Shown: in pieces, positions 8,612 through 19,402 of the stretch
Position numbering within the stretch: the first letter of the stretch is position 1
Layout: every line of letters begins with the position of its first letter
Source of the DNA: a virus
Lineage: Duplodnaviria > Caudoviricetes
Direction: 5' to 3' (one strand)
IMG/VR virus record: IMGVR_UViG_3300029288_000060
Location: 160,001-224,000 of that record
Length of the DNA: 64,000 nucleotides
Notes under the pieces: generated by a model
What the model was told of the DNA's origin: nothing
Seen by the model: only the letters and a program-made list of their open reading frames with translations
Database searches by the model: none
Translations under genes and position numbers: made by a program

Positions 8612-11600
8612 TTATGTTCTCTCCAATATCAATGAAATAAAATATGAATTTAATAAATCCTTTGCAGGTGATATTTTTGCATCTCTATAATTTGCAGATC
8701 CTGTTTGAACAATATCCGAAATAATTTCATTTTTAGTTGTTAGATCATCACTTAAAGGCCCCATTAGTTCTGATAATAAAGTTGGACAATTGTATGAAAT
8801 TAAAGAATATGTGTCTGCTTCACCTAACCTCTGTCCACCTTCTCTTCTTTTTCCTGATGTAGGTTGTAATGTTTTTCCAGTAACTGGGCCTGTACTTCTT
8901 CCATGCAATTTCATATCCGCCATATGCTCTAATTTACTAAAATACATATATCCTACTGGTACTTCACTTTTTGTTTTTGTTCTATATTGTGGTAAAAATA
9001 ACTCATACCCAGGTTTTAAACCCAAAAAAGACAAAGCTCTTTTAATTTGGTCTTGTTTTGGAGCTTGAAATGGTGGAATTATAATTGGAACAAAAGCTGT
9101 ATTTTTTATCTGGTTTATTAAATTTAAAAACTCTTTATCGCTTAAAACAGATAAATTTGCTATCAATCTGCTTGTAAATTGTTTATTAGGGGAACTATCT
9201 AAAATTGAATAAACAGATTTCATTAAAGTTAAAATTTTATCTTTTCTATTTAGTTGACTAATTCTTATTGCTAAATCTTTTGCAATTAACCCACAATACA
9301 ATTCATATAATTGTCCTATATTACTTCTTCCAATAATACCAATAGGATTAACAATTATATCCATTGTTTCAGACCACGGGGCTGGAGTTCTTGGCATATT
9401 TTCATCTTTTTCTACTAAACATATAATTCCTTTTGCTCCAAATCTGTTACAAAGTTTATCACCAAGATTAATTTTTAATTCTTGCTCAATTTTAAATCTT
9501 ATTAAGATACCATGTATTGTATTACCTTTAACTGAAAATTTTTCTGTTAGAGTGGTTTGATACTTTTTCCTTGTCCTATTAATTAATTCTTGTAGTATTG
9601 GAAATTTATTCTCATCAAGATTTGAAAAAACATCAATGTCAACAATTTTCCCTCCAGGACTTTTCTTAATAAATTGTTGACCTATAACTTCTTCTCCCTC
9701 TTCTTCAGAAAATCCGAGCAATTGTTCAATTTCACCCATCGTTTTCTTTAGAATTGGTTTACCTTTTTCAACATATTCACCAATTTTTGCGATCTCTAAA
9801 ACTCTATCCTTTTCAAAGATTAAAACTTCATCAATTATACCATGAATAGATGTTAATTTATCTTGGTTAATTAATCTTTCATTAATAACAATACCATCTT
9901 CAAAGTTATACCCATCGTAGGGCATTACCGCAGTTAATAAAGTTCTTCCTAAAGAAATGGTTCCATTTGAAATACAACTACCTTCAGCAATAATTTGATT
10001 TGTATGAACATTTTGATTTACTTTAACAATTGGGTTAAAAATGCTAAGAGTATTTTTACCGGTTCCTGACTTTAAGTGTATGGGGCTAATAGGAATTTCT
10101 AAAGTTTTTTTATCTTTACATAAAATAGTAATTGAATCGTTTGTAATATTTATAATTTTGCCATCACAAGGAGCTTTTTTAATAAAATTTTCTGATAAAC
10201 CATTTGTAAACAAAGACTCGTAACCAGATCTTACTACAGGTGGTTCTGGATTTTTTAATGGAATCATCTGTTTAGCTTGGTTTGTAGCCATTATAATTCT
10301 AGCGCCATCATTATTTTCAATAAATGGAATCATACTTGAGGCAACTGATAATATACCAGACTTTTCATTATCAGAAAAAGCTTTTTTAGAAAACAAACCT
10401 CTGGCAGATGTTATAGAAGCACCAATAGATAATTGTTGAGAGATACCAATCATTTCACCTTCTGGAGTATCTAATGGGTCAATATTTCCATAATAGGAGG
10501 GATGAATATTTCTCGCTTCATTTTGTATAGATCTTTTATCGGGAATACCACCAATATTTTTTCCGATGGGTGAAATTCTAGTCATGACTGCCATTTCTTC
10601 GATTGGATTGGCGAATTCCATATTTGCAACTATTTCGGATCTATTAAATTCACTAAGTAGTTTAGTTTGGTTTATTTCAAACTTTGCATTTTTATTACCT
10701 GATATAATTTGTTGTTTATAAATTGTATAGGCAGCTAAAATTTGTTTTTGAACTAGATGAACTAAAACTTCAGATCCTCTAATTCTTTGGTTTAGAATAT
10801 CATTACGATCTTCAACATAACCAATAATTATTTTATATGACATATAATACATAATATCTTTTAACGTTGAAGGTAATTGTTGATTAATTAAAACTTGTTT
10901 TGCAACAGGATCAACAATATTTTCTAAATTTGATAAAATTAAAAATGTTGTGTTAACTTTACCTGTTAACTTAAAAATAACTTCATTAAAATATTCTACA
11001 CTAGCAAATTCTTTTTTAATATCTAATGTATCAATTTTAGCAACAGAAAAGGATGTTATTAATTCTTTCTTTAATTCACTATCTACATTATCAAAATAAA
11101 TATAATTTATATTATCAATTTTAACTACATATTGTTGAGTCTTTTTAGGTTTATCTTGACTAATTTTATATGTTATTCCATACTGAGCTAAAATATGTTC
11201 AAACCCAAAACTAAAAAATAATAGAATTGATAATGGTAACCATGTATTTGCGATAAATATTTCTAAATATTGTAAATTTCTAGTTCTTTTACTTCTTATT
11301 CTAAAAACAGAATACGAGCTTTCAAACCTAGATTCAAACTTTTTAGGAAAAGTTATTGGACATAAAACAATTTGGTTAACTAAACATTTTCTTTGACCAT
11401 TAACTCTAAACGTTCCCGTCTTTTCATCAATTCTTGGAATCTCGATTTGTATATAATGTACTTTTCCATCTTTATCTGTTACAGTTGTTTTTATTAAATT
11501 AATATCTGATTTTTCAATTTCTCCAGCTTTTTGCCTTTTTCCAACTATTTCAATAGGACCTATTTTTAATGGTAATTCTTTAGTCTCTAGTACTTTAAAA

Positions 11601-12732
11601 GAATTTTCTAAATCTTTTTTCAAATTTACTTCAAAATCTATTAATCTTTTTTGAAATAAATGTTGCGGAGACTTATCAGAAACTACTTTTGGAACATTAT
11701 AGGATTTTACAATTGCATCATTTGAAGTATTTATAGGTTTTTGCTGAGTTAATATCTGATCAGAATATTGACTATCAATAATTTTTAGTGAATTACCAAC
11801 TTTTTTTTTGATATGGAATTTGTAATTTTTTTAGCTTTGTTTACATCTCCACTAACTTTACTTAAAATAGAGGCAACCCCAACTTTTTCAAGCCCACTTG
11901 CAGATACTTGTTTTGAGGCTATTTTTTCTTTGGCGACAGGATCTTTTTGTAAATATGATTGAACAGCATCTCTTACTTGTTCTTTATTTTCTGGTTTGAT
12001 TTTAGCATGTATTGTATTCATCACTTGGTCAACAATCTGATCTGTTTCGTCATCCTCTACTTCATCACTTGTATCTAACGAAGTTTCAATTTTACCTGAT
12101 TTAATTGTTTTTAAGATTGTTACAATTCTTTCAAACTTAAAATTTTTATTCTTAACTAATAATCTATATCTAACACCAGACGAAGTGATTAAACATAATA
12201 TTAGATGATCAAATTCAAAAGTTCCTTCTTTAAGTTGTTGAACAATAGGAAAGAATTTTCTATCAACAAATTTATTTAAGTTGTCTTTCGTTAAATCTAT
12301 AGTATACATCAAAACTTTTTCAAAATTATTAAAATCTGAATAAGATTGATTTACAATATTTTTTATAAACAAACTTAATCTTTGACGATAATTGGAAGGA
12401 TTAAAAGTTGAGTCAATAGCATTTAAATAAACAGTTAAATCATAAAATACATTTTTAGATGTAGGAACTTTCATAATTGAAGAATATGAATATATTCCAT
12501 ATTTTTTAAATGCTTTGATTAAATTTTGAGTTATTCTAGTTCTAGGAATTCTAGTCACTGGAATTATATTAATTTTTATATCTACAAGTTTTAAATTTAA
12601 TTTTGGATAGTCTTCTAAAAAACTAGAATTTTCAGAAAAATATGTAACTATGAAATTCTCACCTGGTTTATTAGGAAACCTTATTCCATCAACAACATGT
12701 GTATATTGTCTTAGAGACTTAAATTGAATCAT
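8612..12732 (-). CDS. rpoB: Phage multi-subunit RNA polymerase beta subunit; ORFs 11785..12732 and 8612..11623 joined by a -1 shift at A9 (11801-11809), about 1373 aa
   Basis: RpoB motifs GTFRVNG, HPSYYGNIDPLDTPEG, GYNFEDGI, GDKLCNRFGAKG, NPIGIIGRSN, KLEHM..GGQRLGE. The beta frame is open back to the A9 run, with no Met and no RBS before TTG 11623. Confidence 0.9.
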
Positions 12733-12747
12733 TTTTTAGACTCCTTT

Positions 12748-15700
12748 TTAATCTTCTATTTCTTTTTTCTCAACTAAAGTACCAGTTAACAATCTTTCTA
12801 AGACTGAAGGTGGTAATTCAGTTGTAGTAATCAATCCAGTATTTAGAGCATTATTTACATTCTCAAAAGCTAATCCTTGTAATAATCCGCTATTAAATAT
12901 ATTTTTCTTTATATTCATTAAAACTGGTTTTAATGGATCTTTTCCAACTCTTGCTGGAATAACAGGATTATTACTATCTCTTAAAACTTGACTAATTAAT
13001 ACTTCCATATGCACTAAATCAATACTAGAAATATCACTATATATTTTATAAAATTTTAAAAATAAATGGTTAATATCTTTAAATCTTTCTTTACCAGACA
13101 TTAATCGTTCAACATATAAAACTATTTCTTTTAAATCCTGCTTTTGTAAAGGAACTTCTAACATTTCATAATCTTTATTAAACAATAAATTAATAACATC
13201 TTTAGTCTTATTTATAATTTTAGAATATTTAATAATAACAGGGTAATCTAATATTAAATCAAATGATAAATCTGGAAAGTTTACCTTTGAAATTAAACCA
13301 TTTAAATAGATAGTGTTTTCTTCTTCATTAATAATAAAATTATCACCAATTTCATAACTTTCTAAATCTATTATCATAGAACATAAATCTGTACAATATA
13401 AATTATTTTCGATTTGGTTTAATTTTGTTTTAAGTTGGTTAATATTTAATAAAGGATCATTTTCAAAAATATCTTTTAGAATATCTCTTGTAATAACTTT
13501 AATTGCGGTTGAATGAAATGTACGCATTATCAACTGAGTATTTCGTTCTGCAATATTCTGCGCAGCAATGATTCCAATGTATGGACTTTTATGTACTTGT
13601 AAAAGTTTACCATAACAAGTATGACAAATTTTTAATGATTTACAAAAAATTGGACTTCTTAAATGAATTAAATCACCTGATTTAAAATTAGATGCTTTAA
13701 ATTCTTCTAACTTACCCCTTCTTATTATAAATCTTCCATTAAGTCTGCTGATAATATCTTCATTAAGTTTTATATCCAATGTTAAATCAGTTCCACAATC
13801 TTTTAATGTCCAATCCAATTCAACAGAATTTAGCAAATATGCTAATTTTCTTGCAGTATATCCAGTATCTGCAGTATTAATAACTCTATCAATTATTCCT
13901 GCCCTACTACCACCTGCAGCATTAAAGTATTCTGTCGGAGTTAAACCATCAGATAAAGAACCTTTAATTGGTGGCAAAATTTTACCAGTTGGATCTGCCA
14001 TAATACCCTTTGCAACTAAAATTTGTATTGGTTGATCCCACCCTTTTGTAGAACCCGACTCAACTAAACTATATAACCCAGTATCTTTTAAATGGTTAAT
14101 CATTATTGCTCTCATTTTACTAATTATTTCAACTGCTTCTTCAGTTGTCGCTTTATCTAAATTCTTTTTAAGTTCATATATTTCTGGTGGTATTGTAATT
14201 TCATCTAAATTTAATGATGGTGCTAATAATGTCGAAAATTTAAAACCAATATTTTTTAAACTATTTGCCACTTCTCTGCCTTTTTCATCACCATATTTAT
14301 TAACAACTTCAAAGATTAATTTATTTACAACTTTTTTAGTTACTAAATCGTTTATAAATCTAAAATCTTTTGGAAAGCAATTATTTAAAATTGCTTTTCC
14401 CATTGTTGTATTTTCATTTTTATAAATTACTGGAATATAAGGGTTTGTTGCATTATCTAAATCATCTTGTGATACTTTTATTGGTGATTTAAATTCCTTT
14501 TTGCTGTCTTTTGTTAATAAATATAAACCAACGCACATTTCCTTACTTAATTCAAAAGTGATACTTGTAAACGAATTAGATGACCTTGCTAACATCATTC
14601 TTTTTTTTGCTTCTTCTTGAGATTCAATTGTTAATGGATGAAAAATCGCCATTTGGTCACCATCAAAATCTGCATTAAAACCGCCAACAACAAGTGATGA
14701 AATTTGAACAGAATTACCTTCAACTATAACCGGGTAAAAAGCTCTAACAGATTCCGCATGTAAAACAGGATCTCTTTTTGCTAAAACTACTCTATCTCTT
14801 GATGCTAAAACTGTGGCTTCAAAAAAGATATTATATAATTTATCTGGAACAGTATCATTATTCTTTAAACTTCTTAAAATAATTGAAATACTATTTGTTG
14901 ACAAATCCAAATTTGTAAAATCTTTAATTAAATTCTCAAGTTCTATTTTATTTATCTTGCCAGAATATAATAGAATATGTATAATAAAAGGTTCAAATAA
15001 ACTTAAAGCTAATCTAAATGGAATCCCAATCTGGTCGGCTTTTAATTTGGGATTACCTATAATTACAGCTCTGCCAGAAAAATCTGTTCTTTTACCTAAT
15101 AATTGAGATCTAATTAAACCAAACTTTTTTCCTATTTTTGTTCTTATATAATCATCTAAATCATTAACTGATTTTTGTAATGACCAATTCATTAAATCGA
15201 ACATTGTACCTTCTGTTCCAAATGATTTAATAGAAATGGCTTTTCTTAGTATAGTCAAATATAAATCATTAATTTTATCTTGACTATATCTTCCAGTTTC
15301 ATCTTTATAAATTGGTCTTTGTTCTGGAGGTATTATCGGTACATATTTTATAAATAATGTTTCATTTTGATATGATTCTTGTAGAACTTTTATAAATTTA
15401 TCTCTATCTTCTGATTCACCTCTTATAGATAATTTTGGGTATAATTTTATAAATTCACTTATACCAGTTACTCCACTATCTTCTGATAACAATAATTCAT
15501 TACTATCCAATCTAAAAAAATTTTCTGTAGAAAACATTTTTTCTAACTTTCTGTCTAATCTTAAAAAAATTTTAAATGCAGTTGGATGAATAACTTGCGT
15601 ATTTAAATTTATATAAGAAAAAGTTTTCTTTCTTGCAAGAGAATTTTGGACTCCAAATATTCTCTCAGAAAAGATTCCATCCGGATGAAACTCTTCTGTA

Positions 15701-15777
15701 CGAGTATGGATTAAAGTACTTGTAACTGGTTTTAAACTTTTTACAAAATCATCCAGATTTAAAAATTTTAATGGCAT
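12748..15777 (-). CDS. rpoC: Phage multi-subunit RNA polymerase beta' subunit
   Basis: Catalytic NADFDGDQM, LLGKRTDFSGRAVI, RDPVLH, bridge helix TADTGYTARKL, Zn site DCGT..CKSLKICHTC, trigger loop TQLIMRTFH. Confidence 0.96.
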   Translation of the reverse strand: MPLKFLNLDDFVKSLKPVTSTLIHTRTEEFHPDGIFSERIFGVQNSLARKKTFSYINLNTQVIHPTAFKIFLRLDRKLEKMFSTENFFRLDSNELLLSEDSGVTGISEFIKLYPKLSIRGESEDRDKFIKVLQESYQNETLFIKYVPIIPPEQRPIYKDETGRYSQDKINDLYLTILRKAISIKSFGTEGTMFDLMNWSLQKSVNDLDDYIRTKIGKKFGLIRSQLLGKRTDFSGRAVIIGNPKLKADQIGIPFRLALSLFEPFIIHILLYSGKINKIELENLIKDFTNLDLSTNSISIILRSLKNNDTVPDKLYNIFFEATVLASRDRVVLAKRDPVLHAESVRAFYPVIVEGNSVQISSLVVGGFNADFDGDQMAIFHPLTIESQEEAKKRMMLARSSNSFTSITFELSKEMCVGLYLLTKDSKKEFKSPIKVSQDDLDNATNPYIPVIYKNENTTMGKAILNNCFPKDFRFINDLVTKKVVNKLIFEVVNKYGDEKGREVANSLKNIGFKFSTLLAPSLNLDEITIPPEIYELKKNLDKATTEEAVEIISKMRAIMINHLKDTGLYSLVESGSTKGWDQPIQILVAKGIMADPTGKILPPIKGSLSDGLTPTEYFNAAGGSRAGIIDRVINTADTGYTARKLAYLLNSVELDWTLKDCGTDLTLDIKLNEDIISRLNGRFIIRRGKLEEFKASNFKSGDLIHLRSPIFCKSLKICHTCYGKLLQVHKSPYIGIIAAQNIAERNTQLIMRTFHSTAIKVITRDILKDIFENDPLLNINQLKTKLNQIENNLYCTDLCSMIIDLESYEIGDNFIINEEENTIYLNGLISKVNFPDLSFDLILDYPVIIKYSKIINKTKDVINLLFNKDYEMLEVPLQKQDLKEIVLYVERLMSGKERFKDINHLFLKFYKIYSDISSIDLVHMEVLISQVLRDSNNPVIPARVGKDPLKPVLMNIKKNIFNSGLLQGLAFENVNNALNTGLITTTELPPSVLERLLTGTLVEKKEIED

Positions 15778-15832
15778 AAACTATTCTCCAATGACAATTA
15801 AAAAAACTACAATTTTTATATAATTATATATT

Positions 15833-16291
15833 CTAACTTTCATCTTTATTTCTCAATATATTAATATTTTTCTTTAATAGAATCATTGCTTTTGTTAAAT
15901 TAGCTTTTCTTGCTGCAACATTTGGTGGAGTAGGAATATCTTTTGAATATGAGGTATTTAACCTATTCAATTTCCTAATAGAAATTTCTAAAAAGCCCCT
16001 ATCAACATCTTTTCTTCCAGCTAAACGATTTGCTAACTTCAAAGAAAATGCAATCATATTTTTATCTGTTGCACCATTTCTATTACATATTGGTAAAATC
16101 ATATGATCTGTATTTCCAAGCCGAACAGGAAGCCAACATTTTGGATGTTTTTCACATAAACTTTTTCGTGTTTGTTTATCCATTACTGTTCTCAATTCAT
16201 CTCTAAATGAAATTGGAGAAACTATGTCGTTAACTTTTTGAATAAATTCAGATAATTTATCTACTTCATTTAATATTTCTTTCGTTTTCAT
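15833..16291 (-). CDS. Hypothetical basic protein
   Basis: ATG 16291 with GGAGG RBS preferred over the ORF-track start; Cys motif C..KCWL..LPIC. Confidence 0.7.
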   Translation of the reverse strand: MKTKEILNEVDKLSEFIQKVNDIVSPISFRDELRTVMDKQTRKSLCEKHPKCWLPVRLGNTDHMILPICNRNGATDKNMIAFSLKLANRLAGRKDVDRGFLEISIRKLNRLNTSYSKDIPTPPNVAARKANLTKAMILLKKNINILRNKDES

Positions 16292-16336
16292 ATTTATTTC
16301 CTCCAAAATAAACAAAAAAATATAAAATTTAATATT

Positions 16337-16350
16337 TATAATTTGTTCTA
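16337..16350 (-). promoter_or_regulatory. Putative phage promoter motif B (AGAACAAATWAT)
   Basis: TAGAACAAATTATA upstream of the operon containing RNAP; recurs at about 25440, 31500, 39760, 42020 and 58295. Confidence 0.5.
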
Positions 16351-16373
16351 AAATTTTGTTAAATTCACATGGA

Positions 16374-16424
16374 AAAATACCATTGTAAGATTTTAATATT
16401 CAATAAATCTTACAATGGTATTTT
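16374..16424. terminator. 20-bp perfect inverted repeat, probable terminator
   Basis: AAAATACCATTGTAAGATTT (16374-16393) / AAATCTTACAATGGTATTTT (16405-16424), right after the stop at 16430. Confidence 0.7.
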
Positions 16425-16429
16425 CTTTT

Positions 16430-16690
16430 TTACTCAAACCTTAAAAAAATTAAATCTGTATACATACAGGTTAAATCCCAATTCCTGTATGAATGACATT
16501 CTTTTGATTTATACCCAAGCTCGCCTAGTTGTAAATCATGACTATTTAAAATTTTTTTAGCATTTTCACAACTATCAATTACCGCTAATTCTACGGTATA
16601 ATTTATAAAACATAATTCAGTATTCTTGACCTCTTGATTGTTCTTCCTGTCATAAAATACTGCAATCAGACCTTTATTTTTGTTTTTCAT
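16430..16690 (-). CDS. Hypothetical protein
   Basis: 86 aa, AAAGGA RBS. Confidence 0.6.
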   Translation of the reverse strand: MKNKNKGLIAVFYDRKNNQEVKNTELCFINYTVELAVIDSCENAKKILNSHDLQLGELGYKSKECHSYRNWDLTCMYTDLIFLRFE

Positions 16691-16712
16691 TTTTTATCCT
16701 TTCAAATTTTAT

Positions 16713-17114
16713 TTATAACAATGGCAAATGACCAGTTATTTCATTAATTTTTTCATTATAATCTGGGCCAATCGCACAACAAGTTAATGTTTTAACTCCA
16801 TTAAATTCTGTTAAACCAGAATCTTCAATTAAAGCGCATATCATTTTTTCATGTTTTGCTTTGTTATAAATATCTAGTAATTCTTTTTCGCTATTTACAT
16901 ATACTACAATCTTGGTGAAAAGATTTATAAGCCATTCATCAATTATATTTATTTTAAAAGATACTTCATCATTCCATAACACATTACTTCTAAAATTTTT
17001 TGGTGCGTAATTTAAATCTAATAAACATTTCATACTTGCATGCGCGCACTGAGAAGCTACCTTCCCCATTCTCATATGTAAATCTTTTCTAACAATTATA
17101 ACTTGCTTTAGCAT
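16713..17114 (-). CDS. pth2: Peptidyl-tRNA hydrolase, Pth2 family
   Basis: KQVIIVRKDLHM..GKVASQCAHAS..KIVV..LIEDSGLTE..TCCAIGP..ITGHLPLL. Confidence 0.92.
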   Translation of the reverse strand: MLKQVIIVRKDLHMRMGKVASQCAHASMKCLLDLNYAPKNFRSNVLWNDEVSFKINIIDEWLINLFTKIVVYVNSEKELLDIYNKAKHEKMICALIEDSGLTEFNGVKTLTCCAIGPDYNEKINEITGHLPLL

Positions 17115-17115
17115 A

Positions 17116-18567
17116 TTAAAAATCCTTATACATTAACTCTTTCATTTGATTGAATTCTTTTTCAAGCTTATTTCCAAAAAACATTGTGTAAAATTGAATC
17201 ATTTCCATTTCAATTCTACTTAATGGCACACCCATTAAATTATTCCCATCAAAAATATTCACAAATTCAACTCTAGATATTCTTCCAATAAAATACCCAA
17301 GCATATTAGCAAATAATAATTTGCTTTCAAAACCAAAGAAATTATTGATGGATTGTGATATATCAATAAACTCTTCCATTGCTTTAACTTTATAAGTTGT
17401 AGCAACAGCAGTTTCTTTCTTTGGATAGTAACTTAATAAAGAAAATAAATTTTTATATTCTGATAAATTAAATACTCTTCTTAATAGATTCTGAGTATAA
17501 ACAGATAAAACCATTGCATGGTCAGGTGCTAAAGTTTTGAAGTGAACAAAAGGAATTGAAGTTATCTTTGAGAGAACTGGGTAAACTAAAGATTCACACA
17601 ATGGAGAAATAAATTCAATCTTACCAATTCTATTTTGAAAATTAACAATTGATTGATCTGTATTATCATAATTAGCAGAAAATAAAAGAATTGAAGATCT
17701 TTCTAAATTATCATAAATTTGTTCAAACGCAATACCTTTTAACCTTCCTAAAGTATCATTGTAAGTATATGTTTTTAAATTGTCTACTGTAGAGCCATGA
17801 ATATCTTCTGTACTAATAGTATCATCATAAATTATTTGACTTTTATAAACAGATCTTAAAAACCAATTTATAGATTCTTGAACTACAGAAGAAAAGTAAA
17901 TTATTGGGTTTTTATCTTCCTCACATAAAAGTAAAATTGAGTTCATAATAAAATTAAAAATTTCAATGATATGAACATCAATTGTTTTACAATGAATCAT
18001 TTTAATATAATCCCACATATATTTATCAGTTAGATTATATCTAAATGTTTTTGTACTTATCATATTAAATATTTTTGTAATTACTTCACAGTCTTTATCT
18101 AATATCTCCGCAGCAAATTCATTATAAACTTTTTTATGCAATCTAGCATCTAATTTTAATTTTTCACTGTTGGAGATTAATGCATAAATTTTTAAATAAC
18201 AAGATAATCTTATTATTTTTTCAATTTCTTCTACGTTAAATAAAATACTTGTTTTCTTAGCTTTTGTTTCATCCACAAACTTTTTAGTATCTATATTTTT
18301 TACCTTTAAATAATCATCCACATATTTTTTAATTACAGGAATATTTTTTTCAATAATTAGATATTTTTCGACCTCTGTAGTATATTCAATCAAAAAATTA
18401 CAAAACCAATCATTAAAACCTTCACATGTTTTAGATACATTTTCAATAAAATTAGTTATAATAAAAAATTTATTTGTAACAGTACTTGAAATTAAATTAA
18501 TTGTTAAAAGATCTTCTTCATCATTAAAAATTTGTAGTTTTTTTTCCGCTAAATTGAATCTCACCAT
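17116..18567 (-). CDS. Hypothetical 483-aa protein, candidate sigma-like RNAP specificity subunit
   Basis: Helical-looking protein; segment KNPIIYFSSVVQESINWFLRS loosely resembles sigma region 2.3-2.4; close to the RNAP genes. The CDS is clear, the function is speculative. Confidence 0.35.
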   Translation of the reverse strand: MVRFNLAEKKLQIFNDEEDLLTINLISSTVTNKFFIITNFIENVSKTCEGFNDWFCNFLIEYTTEVEKYLIIEKNIPVIKKYVDDYLKVKNIDTKKFVDETKAKKTSILFNVEEIEKIIRLSCYLKIYALISNSEKLKLDARLHKKVYNEFAAEILDKDCEVITKIFNMISTKTFRYNLTDKYMWDYIKMIHCKTIDVHIIEIFNFIMNSILLLCEEDKNPIIYFSSVVQESINWFLRSVYKSQIIYDDTISTEDIHGSTVDNLKTYTYNDTLGRLKGIAFEQIYDNLERSSILLFSANYDNTDQSIVNFQNRIGKIEFISPLCESLVYPVLSKITSIPFVHFKTLAPDHAMVLSVYTQNLLRRVFNLSEYKNLFSLLSYYPKKETAVATTYKVKAMEEFIDISQSINNFFGFESKLLFANMLGYFIGRISRVEFVNIFDGNNLMGVPLSRIEMEMIQFYTMFFGNKLEKEFNQMKELMYKDF

Positions 18568-18609
18568 TCACTATTCTCCTTAAGAAAGTATTATTTTATT
18601 ATTTCATAA

Positions 18610-18623
18610 ATAAATATATGTAG
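18610..18623 (-). promoter_or_regulatory. Putative phage promoter motif A (CTACATATATTTAT)
   Basis: 1 mismatch to the copies at 7711 and 58255. Confidence 0.5.
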
Positions 18624-18647
18624 TTGATATTTCTATAATTAAAAATA

Positions 18648-19382
18648 TTATTCATCATCGTCATCATCCGCAAATAAAGCTTTTAATCTATCAATTCCTG
18701 CTGAAAATGAATTTTCTATCTGAGTATTAACATATGATATTTGATTTGTAACTCTATTGATTGATTGAATTGTAGGTCCAGGAATTCCTTGATTACTCAA
18801 AAACTCATCAGTATTAAAATTTCCATATGTATCAATATTAAACATTGTTAAAAAAGATTCTAATTGAAATAATCTTGAAGTTATATCAGTTCCACAAATA
18901 TTGCTCATACAAGTTAAATCTTGTAATGATTCAGGAACTAATAAATTCATTTTAGATGAATCAAGATAATCTGTTAAATTTGTAATTGTGTTTGCTAAAT
19001 TAAACTCTGTTGGTAATGCAGTAGCTAAACTGCCTAAAACATTATTTGCATTTAATTTAACAGAGTCCATAATACTTCTCGCTAATGTTGATGGTTTTGA
19101 TAACATAGAATCATTTTTTGTAAATTGACAAGAATTTGCTAAAGTAGGAATTTCATTAAATTGAGCTATATCTGGAACCATAGAACTTAAATTAGATACC
19201 ACATCTAATTCAAATTGTTTAATTGCAGAATGTGGAGAAAAACCGCTTGATGTGGCTATATCTAATTTTAAAATATTAGTAAAACTAGTTATTTGATTAC
19301 CTGTACAGGTAATCAAATTTAATCTTTTATCAAATTCATCAGTCAATTTAGAACAAAATCCTTGTTTTAATACACTAAACAT
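18648..19382 (-). CDS. Hypothetical protein, possibly baseplate-associated
   Basis: 244 aa, downstream of the gp5-like gene. Confidence 0.7.
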   Translation of the reverse strand: MFSVLKQGFCSKLTDEFDKRLNLITCTGNQITSFTNILKLDIATSSGFSPHSAIKQFELDVVSNLSSMVPDIAQFNEIPTLANSCQFTKNDSMLSKPSTLARSIMDSVKLNANNVLGSLATALPTEFNLANTITNLTDYLDSSKMNLLVPESLQDLTCMSNICGTDITSRLFQLESFLTMFNIDTYGNFNTDEFLSNQGIPGPTIQSINRVTNQISYVNTQIENSFSAGIDRLKALFADDDDDE

Positions 19383-19402
19383 AAAAACTCTCCTATAAAA
19401 AT

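Noticed and set aside
11621-11623. TTG as an independent start for RNAP beta
   Set aside because: No Shine-Dalgarno sequence, and the frame stays open for about 60 more codons up to the A9 run.
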